Made by a program: the position numbers and the translations under genes
NCBI GenBank assembly: GCA_030704615.1
Contig: CM060731.1
Location: 39,184,001-39,248,000 of the forward strand
Source: Takakia lepidozioides
Lineage: Eukaryota > Plantae > Bryophyta
Direction of reading: 5' to 3'
Length of the DNA: 64,000 nt
The notes under the pieces: model-generated
Database searches by the model: none
Told to the model about the DNA's origin: nothing
Seen by the model: only the letters and a program-made list of their open reading frames with translations
Part shown: positions 11,506 through 23,070 of the stretch, one piece after another
Layout: each line of letters begins with the position of its first letter
Position numbering within the stretch: position 1 is the first letter of the stretch

Positions 11506-12789
11506 TACTTGTAGACATTTGATTGTTGCAGCCTTGTGCCCATAGACCCCGCACTCAATTTGGGTGGATCAAGAGGGAACAAACTACCTTTGTGAGGGGC
11601 TCACTCCAGTAGTGGGACTTGGTATAAACATACGTATCGAGATATTTTCATACTTACAAGTAAATGTAGCCTAAAGTGAAGTACTGAGAAGATCTGATGT
11701 ACAATCGGTTTGGGCTTCCCAGATTTCCTCTAGAAAAATCACACAAGCATCAATCTGTTGTGTGTGAGCTGCCCAGCAATAAGACCCCAACAGAATATTG
11801 TTCATCTACAGCAAAGTGGGCAACACCGTGTGGCTTCCTGCACACAATGAAAATCATGACACCATCCTCTACTTGCAACAATCCTCATCAGGAGGCTGTA
11901 CATGATAGAAAGCTCATATCAGAACCAATATGAGCTGCTACGGAGATACCGAAAAGTGGTTGGCCAACACAGGCACTTCCTCACAAACATCAAGGATTAG
12001 TTGCCATCATCTTAAGCACCCCTTAAATCCTCGACCGATTCCACCCCTGCACCAAAGCCGTTCATTGCAAAATTATGTGCCAATGGCTACAGATGTCATT
12101 GGAGTATATCTACTTCCCCTTCTGCAATATCCTTAAAGCTTGTGAATTTTACACCACTTCCCGATCCACAAATTCCTAAAACACCTTACAAGTTCAACTG
12201 CAAACATATAAGTCCAGACTAGATTATCTGAAAGCTTTCCAATCAACCTATACTATGCAGTCACTGAAATACCCAAAGAGGAAGAGAAAAGCACAGTACT
12301 AGGAATTGCAGGTTTCGCATCTGTACTGACCCCATTCGACCAAGTGTTATGCCATGGCAGGCAGACGGCTTTGTTCCACGGTTGAATGTGTCAATTGGAG
12401 GAAGATATAACAGACAGAAGGTGGTAATCACATTTGCATCCCTACCCACCTCTTATATTAAATCCTTGAACATCTCAGTCCAGCTTAGCTGACAATGTGT
12501 ACAAGGTATGAAGAGCAGGGTTACAGAGGACTGACTCTATGCTGAAGATAATTAAAAATTTGACTCCTGTTCTCCCATCCACACTTTCAGACAACTTTTG
12601 ATTCAATGTTGGAACATGAAGTTGAATAAATTGGACGGGGAAGGAGGAAAGTTACCTGACCCTCCGATTGCACATACATACACATCCGCATTCTCGACTG
12701 AAGCTAGTACAGGTACCAAAAGCAGTCTTAAGAATGGGAGCATCATCCAGTGTAAGATAGATAGACGGTCGAGGTTGTGGAGGTAGAGG

Positions 12790-13620
12790 TTTTTCGGGCC
12801 CGAGCCCAATTGGGCCACCAGGTTGTGCAGGGGTGCTCATTAACACGACGAACTGGAGGGTGGGAAGGTGGATGAGATGCCCACGGAAATCAAAGTATTG
12901 GGGGTGGGTCCATTGCTCCCAGCTGTGTTCCTCGATGAGAATGCCTTGAAGGTTCTTCCCCGTGCGAGCACTCGAGAGGAAATCCGCTGCTTGGCGTGGC
13001 TAGACAAGCAGCCCTCGTCTGTTCTTTATGCCTCTTTTGGCAGCAGGGCATATCTGTCGGGTTCCCAAGTCAAGGAACTGTCTCAGGGGTTGGAGGCCAG
13101 CGGGCAGCGTTTCTTGTGGTTGCTACCACCACCCCCAAATCAACCAGCAGACATCCGTCCCACCCAAACTGCTTCCGGATGGTTTTGAAGAGCGTACAGC
13201 AAAGCAGGACATAATCTATCTGGCTGGGCACCACAGTTGTTGATTTTGGCACACCCTTCCGCGGGTGCCTTTTTGACCCACTGTGTCTGTGGCCGGAATT
13301 CTACATTAGAGAGTCTTTGTCTGGAAAAGCCGATGCTAGCTCGGCCCCTTATGGCTGATCAATCAACCGTCTGTGACTTTCTGGTGCACACTGCTTGTGG
13401 AGGTTGAAAAAGAAGAAGATGGACTGGTTGATAAGAGCGAGATTGAGAGGGTAGTGAGACTTGTGATAAAGGAAGAGGAAGGGCATGAGTTGAGAACTAG
13501 GGCAGGTGACCTGAGGGAAGGAGCAAGAAGGGCTGTATCGAAAGGAGGGTCTTCTCAAAACCACCTGAATCATTTCGTGGGGGAGATTACACCCTTAAAC
13601 TTCAAGAGCAAGAGTGAAAT
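12790..13620 (+). pseudogene. UDP-glycosyltransferase (family 1 UGT) pseudogene, C-terminal half, copy A
   Basis: [62 protein letters not shown] box WAPQLLILAHPSAGAFLTHC..NSTLESL..KPMLARPLMADQ, EIERVVRLV...GGSS. Frameshifted. Confidence 0.92.
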
Positions 13621-13719
13621 TGGGCATCCATCTGAAGCTAATTTTTTCCAAATTTTTTTTCAAAGGGGACGGAAGCCCTCAATTTTTATAGATACTTTTG
13701 TCCACAAAATGGGCCTCTC

Positions 13720-14680
13720 CTTGCCCACTTGAATCAAGAATATTGATGTCGGCTTTCTACTCTTAGAGATGAATCCACTTTCGTGGATACCTGGCTGGAA
13801 TTTACTGCAGGAGAAGCAAACAACGTCCACTACCAACATGTCTTTGCAGCTGCATGTCATGCTCCATACAAATGCTTTACCACGATCCACTGTGAAATGC
13901 ACCCATCGATCTCATCTCTGGCATGCCAGTCACCGACATGTCTGAACTTTGTGGATGAGAATCAAGCAGTATGTACAACCCTCATTTTCCTTCTGAAATA
14001 AATAAGGAGATTGATGAGTTCTAGAACAAAGAAACCCATTCTATACCAACAGTCTCATGGCCCTTACTCCCTCCTCCCTAATAGCTATCTTGGTCGTTTA
14101 TGTGAGAAGATTCGAGTGGCGATGCAAGCTTCGTGAAGCAATGATACACTGCCTCTCCCAACTACAAGAAAACTGCTATACATGGGTTTTGACTGAATAT
14201 TGAAGTACGGAACTTTATTTGTATGTCAATTGATTTGATTTGTACTGGGGTTCACCAGATTGGTGCTCAATGCTTCCAGGAGGCTTCCGCTGCCTCCAAA
14301 GCTTCGTTCTCCCTTTCCACAGGGTTGATTAAGGAAGCCTTGTTCTCCACTGCAGGGAATATTACTTGCATCCCACCCCCTCATCCCTCTCCTTCTGCTT
14401 CGAGCTGATTACAGCCACGGGGATACCAAGAGCACTTGCTTTGAGGTAGCCAGCTCTATCAGACACTTCCACAACAATTCTTGAGGCATTGGCTGCAACA
14501 AGGGTGAAAACAAGATGGTCTCATATATCAAGGCCATGACCGGAAGAAAACACATCCCACCCCTCTCTGAAGCCCAGGGGGTTGGCAGAATCCCCTCGGC
14601 CCACCTGCACTTCCCAAGACTGCCCACATTGGCCATTCCAGGGCAAAAACTGAATTGGTTTTTAACCTAACTTATTTGGG
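13720..14680 (-). pseudogene. B3-domain (REM-like) transcription factor remnant, copy A
   Basis: Minus-strand reading WEVQVGR...LGFREGWDVFSSGHGLDI*DHLVFTLV...IVVEVSDRAG (~14630-14450) fits the B3 W.V...GW..F...H.L..GD.LVF pattern. HVGSGRCLL..IPARYPRKW..KADINILDSSGQ (~13850-13725) fits the start of a second B3 domain. Confidence 0.65.
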
Positions 14681-17600
14681 ATAGTACTCACACTGGATGG
14701 CCAAGTAAGATATGTGTCATGATTCCAAGCTAGCACTTAAAGTTCTAGAACCTCTTTTTTGCAGGATATGTCAGGCCCCACTCTACATGGATTTCCATCG
14801 TTCGCAGTCAATTTGGAAATCGATGGTTTTGCCACAAGAGCTAGAAATCGTGGATATAGCACGCATTTTCTATGAGACATCTTCCCCTATTTCTAAGGCT
14901 TCAAGATTTGGGACGTACCGACTGGCAGAAGCTTCTTCACATTCAAAACCTTCTGGAACAATCTCTGCAACCCGAGTACATTCCAGTTTGGGTGCAACGT
15001 TTCACTTAGTGATCATGTGTTCTGATGTCAATGTCTTCACTTTGTAGTTTTGCTTTCATCGCGTTCACTTTGCAGCGTAGGCACGTTCACCGTACATGTA
15101 CATGTTCAGAAGTTTGGAGTGAACACCAGCGTATGATACCTTTTTTACTTTTTGGATACGTTTAATAAAGTGACATCAATTAATATAGGAACGTGTGGTA
15201 ATAATAAATTAATAGCAGTAGAGCAAATGATGAATAACCCCCGAATAACAATGTATGCACAAAACCTTGTTGCATTACATAGTATTTCAAAACCAGTTAG
15301 TTCTTGCGAAGAGTATGGCATATCACTATTCCTTTAGCATTGCAGGGTTAGCCATTTTTCATCTACATTTGTCGTGCCAAGCGTAAATTAGCTGCTGGTA
15401 GGGATCAAGCTAGTAAGTGTATGCTAACTACAGAATCTATATTGCTCTATTACAGTTTTTAACATGCATCCAAGTTCTCAAATCTTTTAGACGCATTCAT
15501 TACGACAATTCAACAAAGCTATGTTTTTCTTTTTAGCAGCAAACCGGCTACTCTATTTAACAAGGGCTCCAGATACCGGCAACATTTTTTGTTCAAATAA
15601 AGCAAGCACCATCACCATCTACATATGATTGTATTCTAAGTTGGCAACAGCGCAACGCCGTGGAAGAACATCCAAGTCGGTGGGGGCTATGGTTCCTAGG
15701 CTTGGGCACTCGGCCTAGTCTATATGACTACCAAGCTACTTGTCCAAGTATGAGTAAGTTTTGGCAACACTTAGCAAATAGGGCAATGGGTTCCCAGTCG
15801 TATGTGCTTAACATGAGCTGCCTCTTTCTTCTTGTATTACTACGAGTCAACTCATCGGGCGCCACCAATGACTACAACAATGGGACAAAGCCCAATGTAC
15901 TGGCTGCACCTTGCTTTGCAGCACCACCCACTGGCATTTCCCGAGCCACACCAACTCTCCCCACTAGCACTCGTGGCTCTACCTCTGACACACTTGGGCG
16001 AGCGGGTACCATCGATGGCGTAGTTGGCACTGTCTCAGCCAATGTGAAAGACTGTGGAAGCCTTGTCTGTCGACTTGCTTCCCCCCTTTGTGGATCAAAA
16101 TCCACATCTGCTCCTCTTGGCTCAGAAGCACGCGTTGCTGCTCGAGTGACAGCAGCGGTAGAGTCCACATGCAATGGTCCTGCAAGTGTGGCTCCACACA
16201 TGAAGCCCATACCAATCTGGTCTTCCCTAGGCATAGGAGATTGTGCAGGTGGGGCTTGAACCTCAAGCCTTGGAGCTGGCACAACATGCGTAGTGGCCAT
16301 GGTAGCAAGACGTTGCTCTAGCTGGGCAAGCCTATCCACCATGCCTTGGTCATGACCTTGACCTTGACCTTGTGCTCCCTGGTTTTGGTTACAACCTCCA
16401 CCGCGACCTCTCCCTCCTCTACCTCTCTAGACTACATTGCCTCGTCCTCGGCCACCATTGTTCCCTTGGAACTGGCCTGGCCGTAGCTCAAGATACAAGT
16501 CATAACAATGGGCCTCCTCATGCCCATACTTGCCACAATGCCCACATTGTAGTTGTGTAGGTTGTGCTTGTGCTGGCCCTTTGCCTCTCTCCGGGCAATT
16601 CTTAACATGGGATCCTCCACAATCCCAACATATCACACCCGACTGTTGTTGGCCTGAGAATGAAGGAAGTGACCTCTGAGATCCTCTCTATCCTTCTCTG
16701 GGTTTCGCCTGAGCCCCCTTGTTGCCTTGAGCACGTTGGGATAGTGGTTGTTATTGGCTAGGAGCCCCACTTCATTGTGTCTCCTTACCAAACCCCACCA
16801 TGACCACTCGCTTCTCCACCACATTGAGCTCTATCCGCTCTGCTAGCAAAAACACGTTTGCTAAGGTGGGTTGGTCCACTTGTAGGAGAGTTGCATCCCG
16901 CACCATTCTCCTCAGCTCCTTGTCCAATATCCCATACCAAAATTGGACTGCTTGAGCTTCTGTAACTCATTGGGTTACATTTATCAATCGCCTCATGCGC
17001 GTGTAAGTCTTCCTCAAACTCTCAGTAGGCTTGCACTGGAACTTTTGCAAGCTCCGCAATTTCTCCGTCCTTATCTCGTGGTAGTTTCTCCTCAACTCGT
17101 CGAAGAACTCCACAATTGGGTCAAAGGCAGGCACGGGTGCTGGTGCTGTAGTAGGAGCTTGAGTGGATTTCCCAGCTCCATCTTTACTTGTCCCACTACT
17201 AGTGCTTGCAGTTGGGGATGTTGGTGTGGCTGCTAGTATCGCCGCTGCCCTTGTGCCTCTAGTGATGGAGACATAGTCAAGTGACCAATATTGTCGCCCC
17301 TCCTCAATCTCCACCTCATTTCCCCGCCTAAAATCATGATAGTCATCCATAGGTGGCCCCTCAAGGTGCTGAAACAGCCCATTCCACGCCATAAAAGGCG
17401 TAAACAGTTGTGGATTACGCATCTGCTGCAAATCACACCAACTATCAAACTCTTGTATGAAATCATCAAGCTCGATGGTGCCCACAGCTCCAGAGTACTA
17501 TCGTGGCCCCTTAGTAGCTCTATACATTTCCTCCATCGTATCCCACAACAATGGCACGGAAATGGCTTGCACCCTCGGCGAGAATCCTCCTGACTCCGAG

Positions 17601-18404
17601 TCTGAACCTTCCTCAGAAGACACTGAAAGTGAAGGTGGCCTAAACCGCAGACCTCGTCTTGTATACCCACTAGTATCGCTGGTGCTCGTACCGGCACTCT
17701 CCTCAGCAAACTGGTGGCACCTCCGTGATGAAAACTCACAACCACACCTGTTGTAAACCTGTCTCTAATCCCCCTTTCCACAAGATAACCGGGTAGAGAA
17801 CCTGTTGCAGTTACTAGTTCAAGCAGGAATAATAGGTTTCTAACGTAGACCTGTACTTGCACCTGCATCCACCGCAAGCACTCCCATGGTCTACTGGTCA
17901 TCAACCCAACCTCACCATAAGAGAACAATGATGGTTTGACTGGTCATCACCCCAGCCTCACCACCGATCACAGCACGCTCTAGGATTGACCGATGATAAA
18001 ATCCGGACCAACCTCCTATGAAAACAAGCGCCCACACAAAACTGACATGGCGCACAGTCAAGCATGTAGGTCTGGAGGGGATCCAAACACAAGAAAATCA
18101 AAACAGTAACTCCCCCACACCAAAAACACTCCACAGTGTCGCTCCTGCAAGACACCCCAGCCCAAACCCGGACTGACTCTTGCCTCCACCTACAGAGAGG
18201 TTTTGGCCTATAGAGATGGTGAAAGACTATGGAGAAGAGAAACTAAAGCAATTCCTAAACCCAAAATGCTCTCATCCACCACTCTCCCTCATGTATCTAT
18301 CAACTTGCTTGTATGGCCGTGGCAAGTATCCTTCAAATATCCCTCAATCAATCCTTCAAGAGCTCTTCAACATTGTCCACCAAAGCTCCTCGAATGGTCC
18401 TCCA

Positions 18405-18525
18405 ATACTCCTCCAAGGACCCCAAAGATCCTCCAAACAATCCTCCAAGGACCCCAAAGATCTTCTAAACACTCCTCCAAGGGCCCTCAAATATCTTCCA
18501 AACAATCCTCCAAAGGCCCTTAAAT
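18405..18525. repeat. ~30 bp tandem repeat (TCCTCCAAGGACCCCAAAGATCYTCYAAACA-like)
   Basis: About four degenerate adjacent copies. Confidence 0.75.
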
Positions 18526-18544
18526 TTCACTAAGTCCTTTCAAT

Positions 18545-18846
18545 GTTGATACCTTAACAGAGGTATAGTCTGAGGTTGCTAGGGTCCCTTATGTTGATGA
18601 TACCTTTACAGAGGTATAGTCTGAAAATGAGGGTTCTGTTTGGTATACTAACAGAGGTATAGTCTGAGCTGATTAGGCTCCACATATGGTGATACCACAA
18701 CAGAGGTATAGTAAAAGCTCATATTTGGTATACTAACAGAGGTATAGTCTGAGCTGATTAGGGTTCACATATGGTGATACCTCAACAGAGGTATAGTCAA
18801 AGGGACAAGCTCATGTTTGGTATACTAACAGAGGTATAGTCTGAGC
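18545..18846. repeat. Direct-repeat array: 7 copies of ACAGAGGTATAGT with alternating spacer types
   Basis: Core starts at 18557, 18608, 18651, 18700, 18736, 18785 and 18828 (periods 51, 43, 49, 36, 49, 43). Confidence 0.9.
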
Positions 18847-21559
18847 ATACACTACTAGGGTTTATAATGAAGAGCTAGAATGCAAGTCCTTGACTTCTAT
18901 GCTTCTACTCAAGCAAAAATATGGTCTCTAGGTGGTCATAAGAGGCATCTTCTTGCTCTCTTCCATCCCAATGTGCAACCAAAAGTGGTCCAACTCAACT
19001 TGCAAGTCATTGTCCACCAAATCAATCCCCCTTCTAGTCCTTGGGATTTGATTGCAAACTACCATATCTCCATTGCCGAACAATCATGCATTTGTCTCCT
19101 CATCACTTGACAATTGCTCCAAATCTTAATGTGTAGAAGCAATGTTTGTCACTTACAATAATGCTCCCAAGCAATCCACCTTGGATCCCACTCTCACGCC
19201 ATATGCCTCATTTGGGGTCTTGCACCAATCCATCATCCATGTCCTCCCCTTGGTCATTTGAATGCATGTTCCATGACCTCTTGGCCTATGTGTTGCTCTC
19301 CTTCATCATAATATGAATCAACACTTCTCCACTTCACACACAAATGGATCTCAAGGCCTTCACCTCTTGCTAGTTCAAGAGTTCCCCTTCTCAAACTTGA
19401 ACTTACAAACTCAAGAGAGCATGCTCCACATATGTACCACTTGCTTGGTCAACTATCCACCACAAAGCTCGCACTACCAAGAGCATGAATAACCAAGTAT
19501 TGCCTCCCCATCTTGTCACATTACATAGTTAGGGTGAATCTATGCATACATTGAATGATGATTTCAGCGGCAGGTCGTGCATCAGCCAAGGCATAAGGAC
19601 CAGCCTGCAGTTTGTCAGAATCTCAGTATGCCACCAAGCAGTCCAACTTGAGCAAGATGAAATAAATTCCATATCATTTGTATTCACCCCTAAAAATGTG
19701 ATTATACAAGGTATCAAGGGACTGAGAATGCAGCCTGTCAAATTGCAGGTTCAAGACTTGTACCAACAAGCAGCATGAACAGCCGAGATCCAGCCTCTTT
19801 TGTACATAAAAAACCAGATTGCAGGTCATAGGCCTGATGTCATGACAGATCCAAAACTATAGGTAGGATCTCATTACAGCTTACCATCCTCATCCTTCAA
19901 GAGTTCCATGCTAAGACATGCAAAGAACACCTTACTATGATCCAGTCGACATCAGAAATAGGCCTGAAAAGGAGCAGGGCAGTACCCTACCAGGTTGTCG
20001 CCATAAACTTCAAGGCCCCCAGGTCCATAGTCACCCAAAACCGCCAAAAACATACCACCAAAAACCAGATCATCTTTGACCAAAAGAACTTACAACCTAG
20101 CTTAATAATCCATAGGCTTTGTTGTCAAAGATCAAAAGGTAGGGTATGGTTTGTATGCAAGCCTCATGAAACAGGCCAGTCAAGCCGAGCTGCGCATCGG
20201 CCGCAGAACGACAAAGGCCAGAACGCAGGCTGTAGCATGTCAAGCCAGGGGCAGTCGGGTTGAAATCGGGGCTGCAAGCAGCAGCCACCTCACAGCGCAC
20301 AAACCCATAGGTCTCCTCAGCCCATATCCCAATCTGCATGCTCAAGAAACTTCAAAGTCGGTGAGGATCCTCACCTAGTCCCATCACAAACCCCCACAAA
20401 AACCAACAGGTTAGTGAGGATTGTGGAACCCCAGGTGAATCACAGACCCTCACACTTATCATCGATGTCAACTAAGAAACTCAAAAGCAAGAGAAAGAGA
20501 TAAGAACATGAGAATCCTTGAACTCCAAAGGCACCTTAAGCAATTGGGGAAGAGGGTTATGCGCCATCACCACCCGCAACAAGCCGCCTCCACAAAGCAC
20601 ATAAGTAATGAAGCAAAGCAGACACAATCGCAATACACTAGAAAGGAGGGAGAGAACTTCCTATCATAAGCATCCTTGCTAAGCACAGAAAAAGCCAGAG
20701 GAGGGAAGATGCCACTGCATTCATAGCGGTGTTTCCCGTTGTAAGAGAGACAAGACGCCGCCTTCGCGCCCCCCTAGGCGCTCGTCCAACATGGGTACGA
20801 CACCACAAACGGGGCAGCCACCGAAGCACGTCCGCCATAACACTCTCCCCGCGAGCTTAGAAGCACATCGCGTGCTTCTGACAGCAGGAGAGACGACATA
20901 GAGTTGTCCCCCGATTATTCATCCGTGGATGAAAAACAGTAGGACGCATCCGTATATCCTGATGGATTTCATCCGCAGCAGGGTTAAAAATAGGTTTTGG
21001 GGTAGGGGTTAGGGTTTCCACCGTAATTAATCATAATTAGGGGTAGTAAAGATCAATTCCAAGCCATAATCACATCATCCATAGACAGGTCACTTGTGTC
21101 CGGATGAAAAAGTAGGGAATATCATCCGTGGCAGCGTCATGCCTCCATCTAGGTAATTCTATCATTCCTCACCAGACCATCCGGTATGGATTAAAAAAGT
21201 CAATAAAAGAGGAATGAAAATTTATCACCCTGGTGGTTTTTCATCCAGTACTGATGGAAAAACAGGATGTTGTTGGCAACCTCTATAGAGGTAATTTTTT
21301 TCTTCCATGGTGACTCATCCGGTATGGATGAGAGTCAATGAAGGAGGAATGAAAAGGCCAAAAGAACCATCCTAGAGGTAATTCAGTGTCCATCTTGGTG
21401 GCTCATCCAGTATGGATGAAAAAACCTGATAGAGGATGAGAAAACAAGAAGTCAACACTGATAGCAAACTGCCAATTCCCAGTAGAGAGGGAGACAGAGG
21501 GAGAGAGGGGGCAACAATGAAAAAAATGGGTTGGGGGGGGGGGGGGTGGAGGTTAGGGT

Positions 21560-22295
21560 GTGGGGTCAGTTGCAGCATATGTCCAACACCAGATATCCTA
21601 AGTTAATCGACTCTATATCTTGGAAACAGGACCGCCCACCGACCTGTCAAATAAGCTAAATCTTGGCAGAAGACAGTAGAAGAGATTTTCAAGGACCTGG
21701 ACCTGGAACCGCAAGTCTTCACCCTGCTGGATAAATCTGACTTAGAGGCTGTAGTGTCCATCCATATCTGTTGCCATGAGATTGTCTGATGAAAATGAAG
21801 TTAGGCAAAAAACTTCCCTGAATTTGTTTCCAGTTAGTAACATGGGGGAGGACATCTTGGATGACCTCAAGGGTCTACCCACTCTCGGCACTAGACTGAA
21901 ATTTAAACTCAGGGCAGGAAGCCTACCTTTGAACAGCAAACAGAAGCAGAGAGAAAGGGAGAGTGCAATTGCCCGTTGTGTGGGCAATCTGAAGACAATA
22001 TTCATTTTCTGATACACTGTCCGGGTTCTCTCACCAAAGAGACGCTCTCTTCAAATCTATCAAGGGAATTGTGCATGTACCTTTGTTTACTAACTTTGAA
22101 AAAGTCGAGGCTGAGCCAAAAGCCCAGCCCCTTCTGAGGCCTAGTTTTTGGGCATCTCACACACAGCACATTGATGCTTGTGTGAAGGGATTTGTAGAGG
22201 ATATCTAGAAAATCCGGATTAATTCTATATGTGAAGGTAAGTCTTACTACCAACGTCAGCCCCTGACAGAGGTAGGATCTGTCCCTTTTGTTTCC
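21560..22295 (+). mobile_element. LINE ORF2 C-terminal fragment, copy 2
   Basis: RYPKLIDSISWKQD...LLDKSDLEAVV...RLKFKLRAGSLPLN...CPLCGQSEDNIHFLIHCPG...[14 protein letters not shown]. Confidence 0.8.
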
Positions 22296-22534
22296 CCAAG
22301 AGAGAGGGCAACAACGAAAAAAAAAGAATGTAGGGGGGGAGTGACTGAGCAACAGCAGCTGCTCAGTCACTCCCCCCCCCCCCCCACCTTTCTTTTCTTT
22401 TCTTTGTTGCCCCTTGATGTCTCCCTCTCACTCCCTCTCTCTGTCCGTCTCTCTGCTCTCTCCCTCCCTCTCCCTCTCTCTCCCTCTCTTTTGTGCTGCT
22501 CTATTTTAAGCTCCCGACGAGATAAATTCAAGGT

Positions 22535-23070
22535 CAGATGGTGGGTTCAGCTGCAACATATGACGACCACCAGATATCCTAAGTTAATCGACTCTATATC
22601 TTGGAAACAAGACTGCCCACCAACCTGTCAAATAAACTAAGTCCTAGTAGAAGACAGTAGAAGAGATTCTCAAGGACCTGGACCTGGAACCGCAAGTCTT
22701 CACCCTGCTGGATAAATCTGACTTAGAAGCTGTAGTGTCCAACCATGTCTGTGGGCAACCTGAAGACATTATTCATTTTCTGATACACTTTCCGGGGTTC
22801 TCTCACCAAAGAGACGCTCTCTTCAAATCCACCAAGGGAATTGTGCATGTACCTCTGTTTACTAACTTTGAAAAAGTCGAGGCTGAGCCAAAAGCCCAGC
22901 CCCTTCTGAGGCCTAGTTTTTGGGCAACTCACACACAACAGATTGATGCTTGTGTGAAGGGATTTGTAGAGGATATATGGAAAACCCGGATTAATTCTAT
23001 ATGTGAAGGTAAGTCTTACTACCAACGTCAGCCCCTGACAGAGGTAGGATCTACCCCTTTTGTTTCCCCA
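22535..23070 (+). mobile_element. LINE ORF2 C-terminal fragment, copy 3 (tandem duplicate with internal deletion)
   Basis: Near-identical to 21560-22295 but lacks ~240 nt between GTAGTGTCCA and TGTGGGCAA. Confidence 0.8.

Larger units (their letters stand above)
12790..15710 (+). repeat. Segmental duplication copy A (partner ~44140-47250)
   Basis: Collinear high-identity match through the UGT, B3 and downstream non-coding sequence. Both copies end at ...GGTTCCTAG(G/A)C(T/C)TGGGCACT. The internal segments 14785-15245 and 46252-46770 differ. Confidence 0.95.
15711..19525 (-). mobile_element. Truncated LTR retrotransposon (probably Ty3/gypsy): LTR-like region, leader and gag; no pol
   Basis: Gag-like ORF 17485-16967 (LDDFIQEFDSWCD...LQKFQCKPTESLRKTYTRMRRL, retrotrans_gag-like) and zinc knuckles CWDCGGSHVKNC / CGHCGKYGHEEAHC (16636-16427). 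Candidate LTR starts TGTAATGTGACAAG at 19525 (minus) and ends near 18191, before a TGG-initiated PBS-like stretch. Confidence 0.72.

Noticed and set aside
11930-12780. Exons of an additional host gene
   Set aside because: Short ORFs with no motif I can recognise.
18545-18846. CRISPR array
   Set aside because: The core is only 13-19 bp, the linkers are related to each other in an alternating pattern, there are no cas genes, and the context is a eukaryotic LTR.
19530-20870. LINE RT fragment (GCILSP resembles QGCPLSP)
   Set aside because: No supporting RT motifs in any frame. The region is left unannotated.
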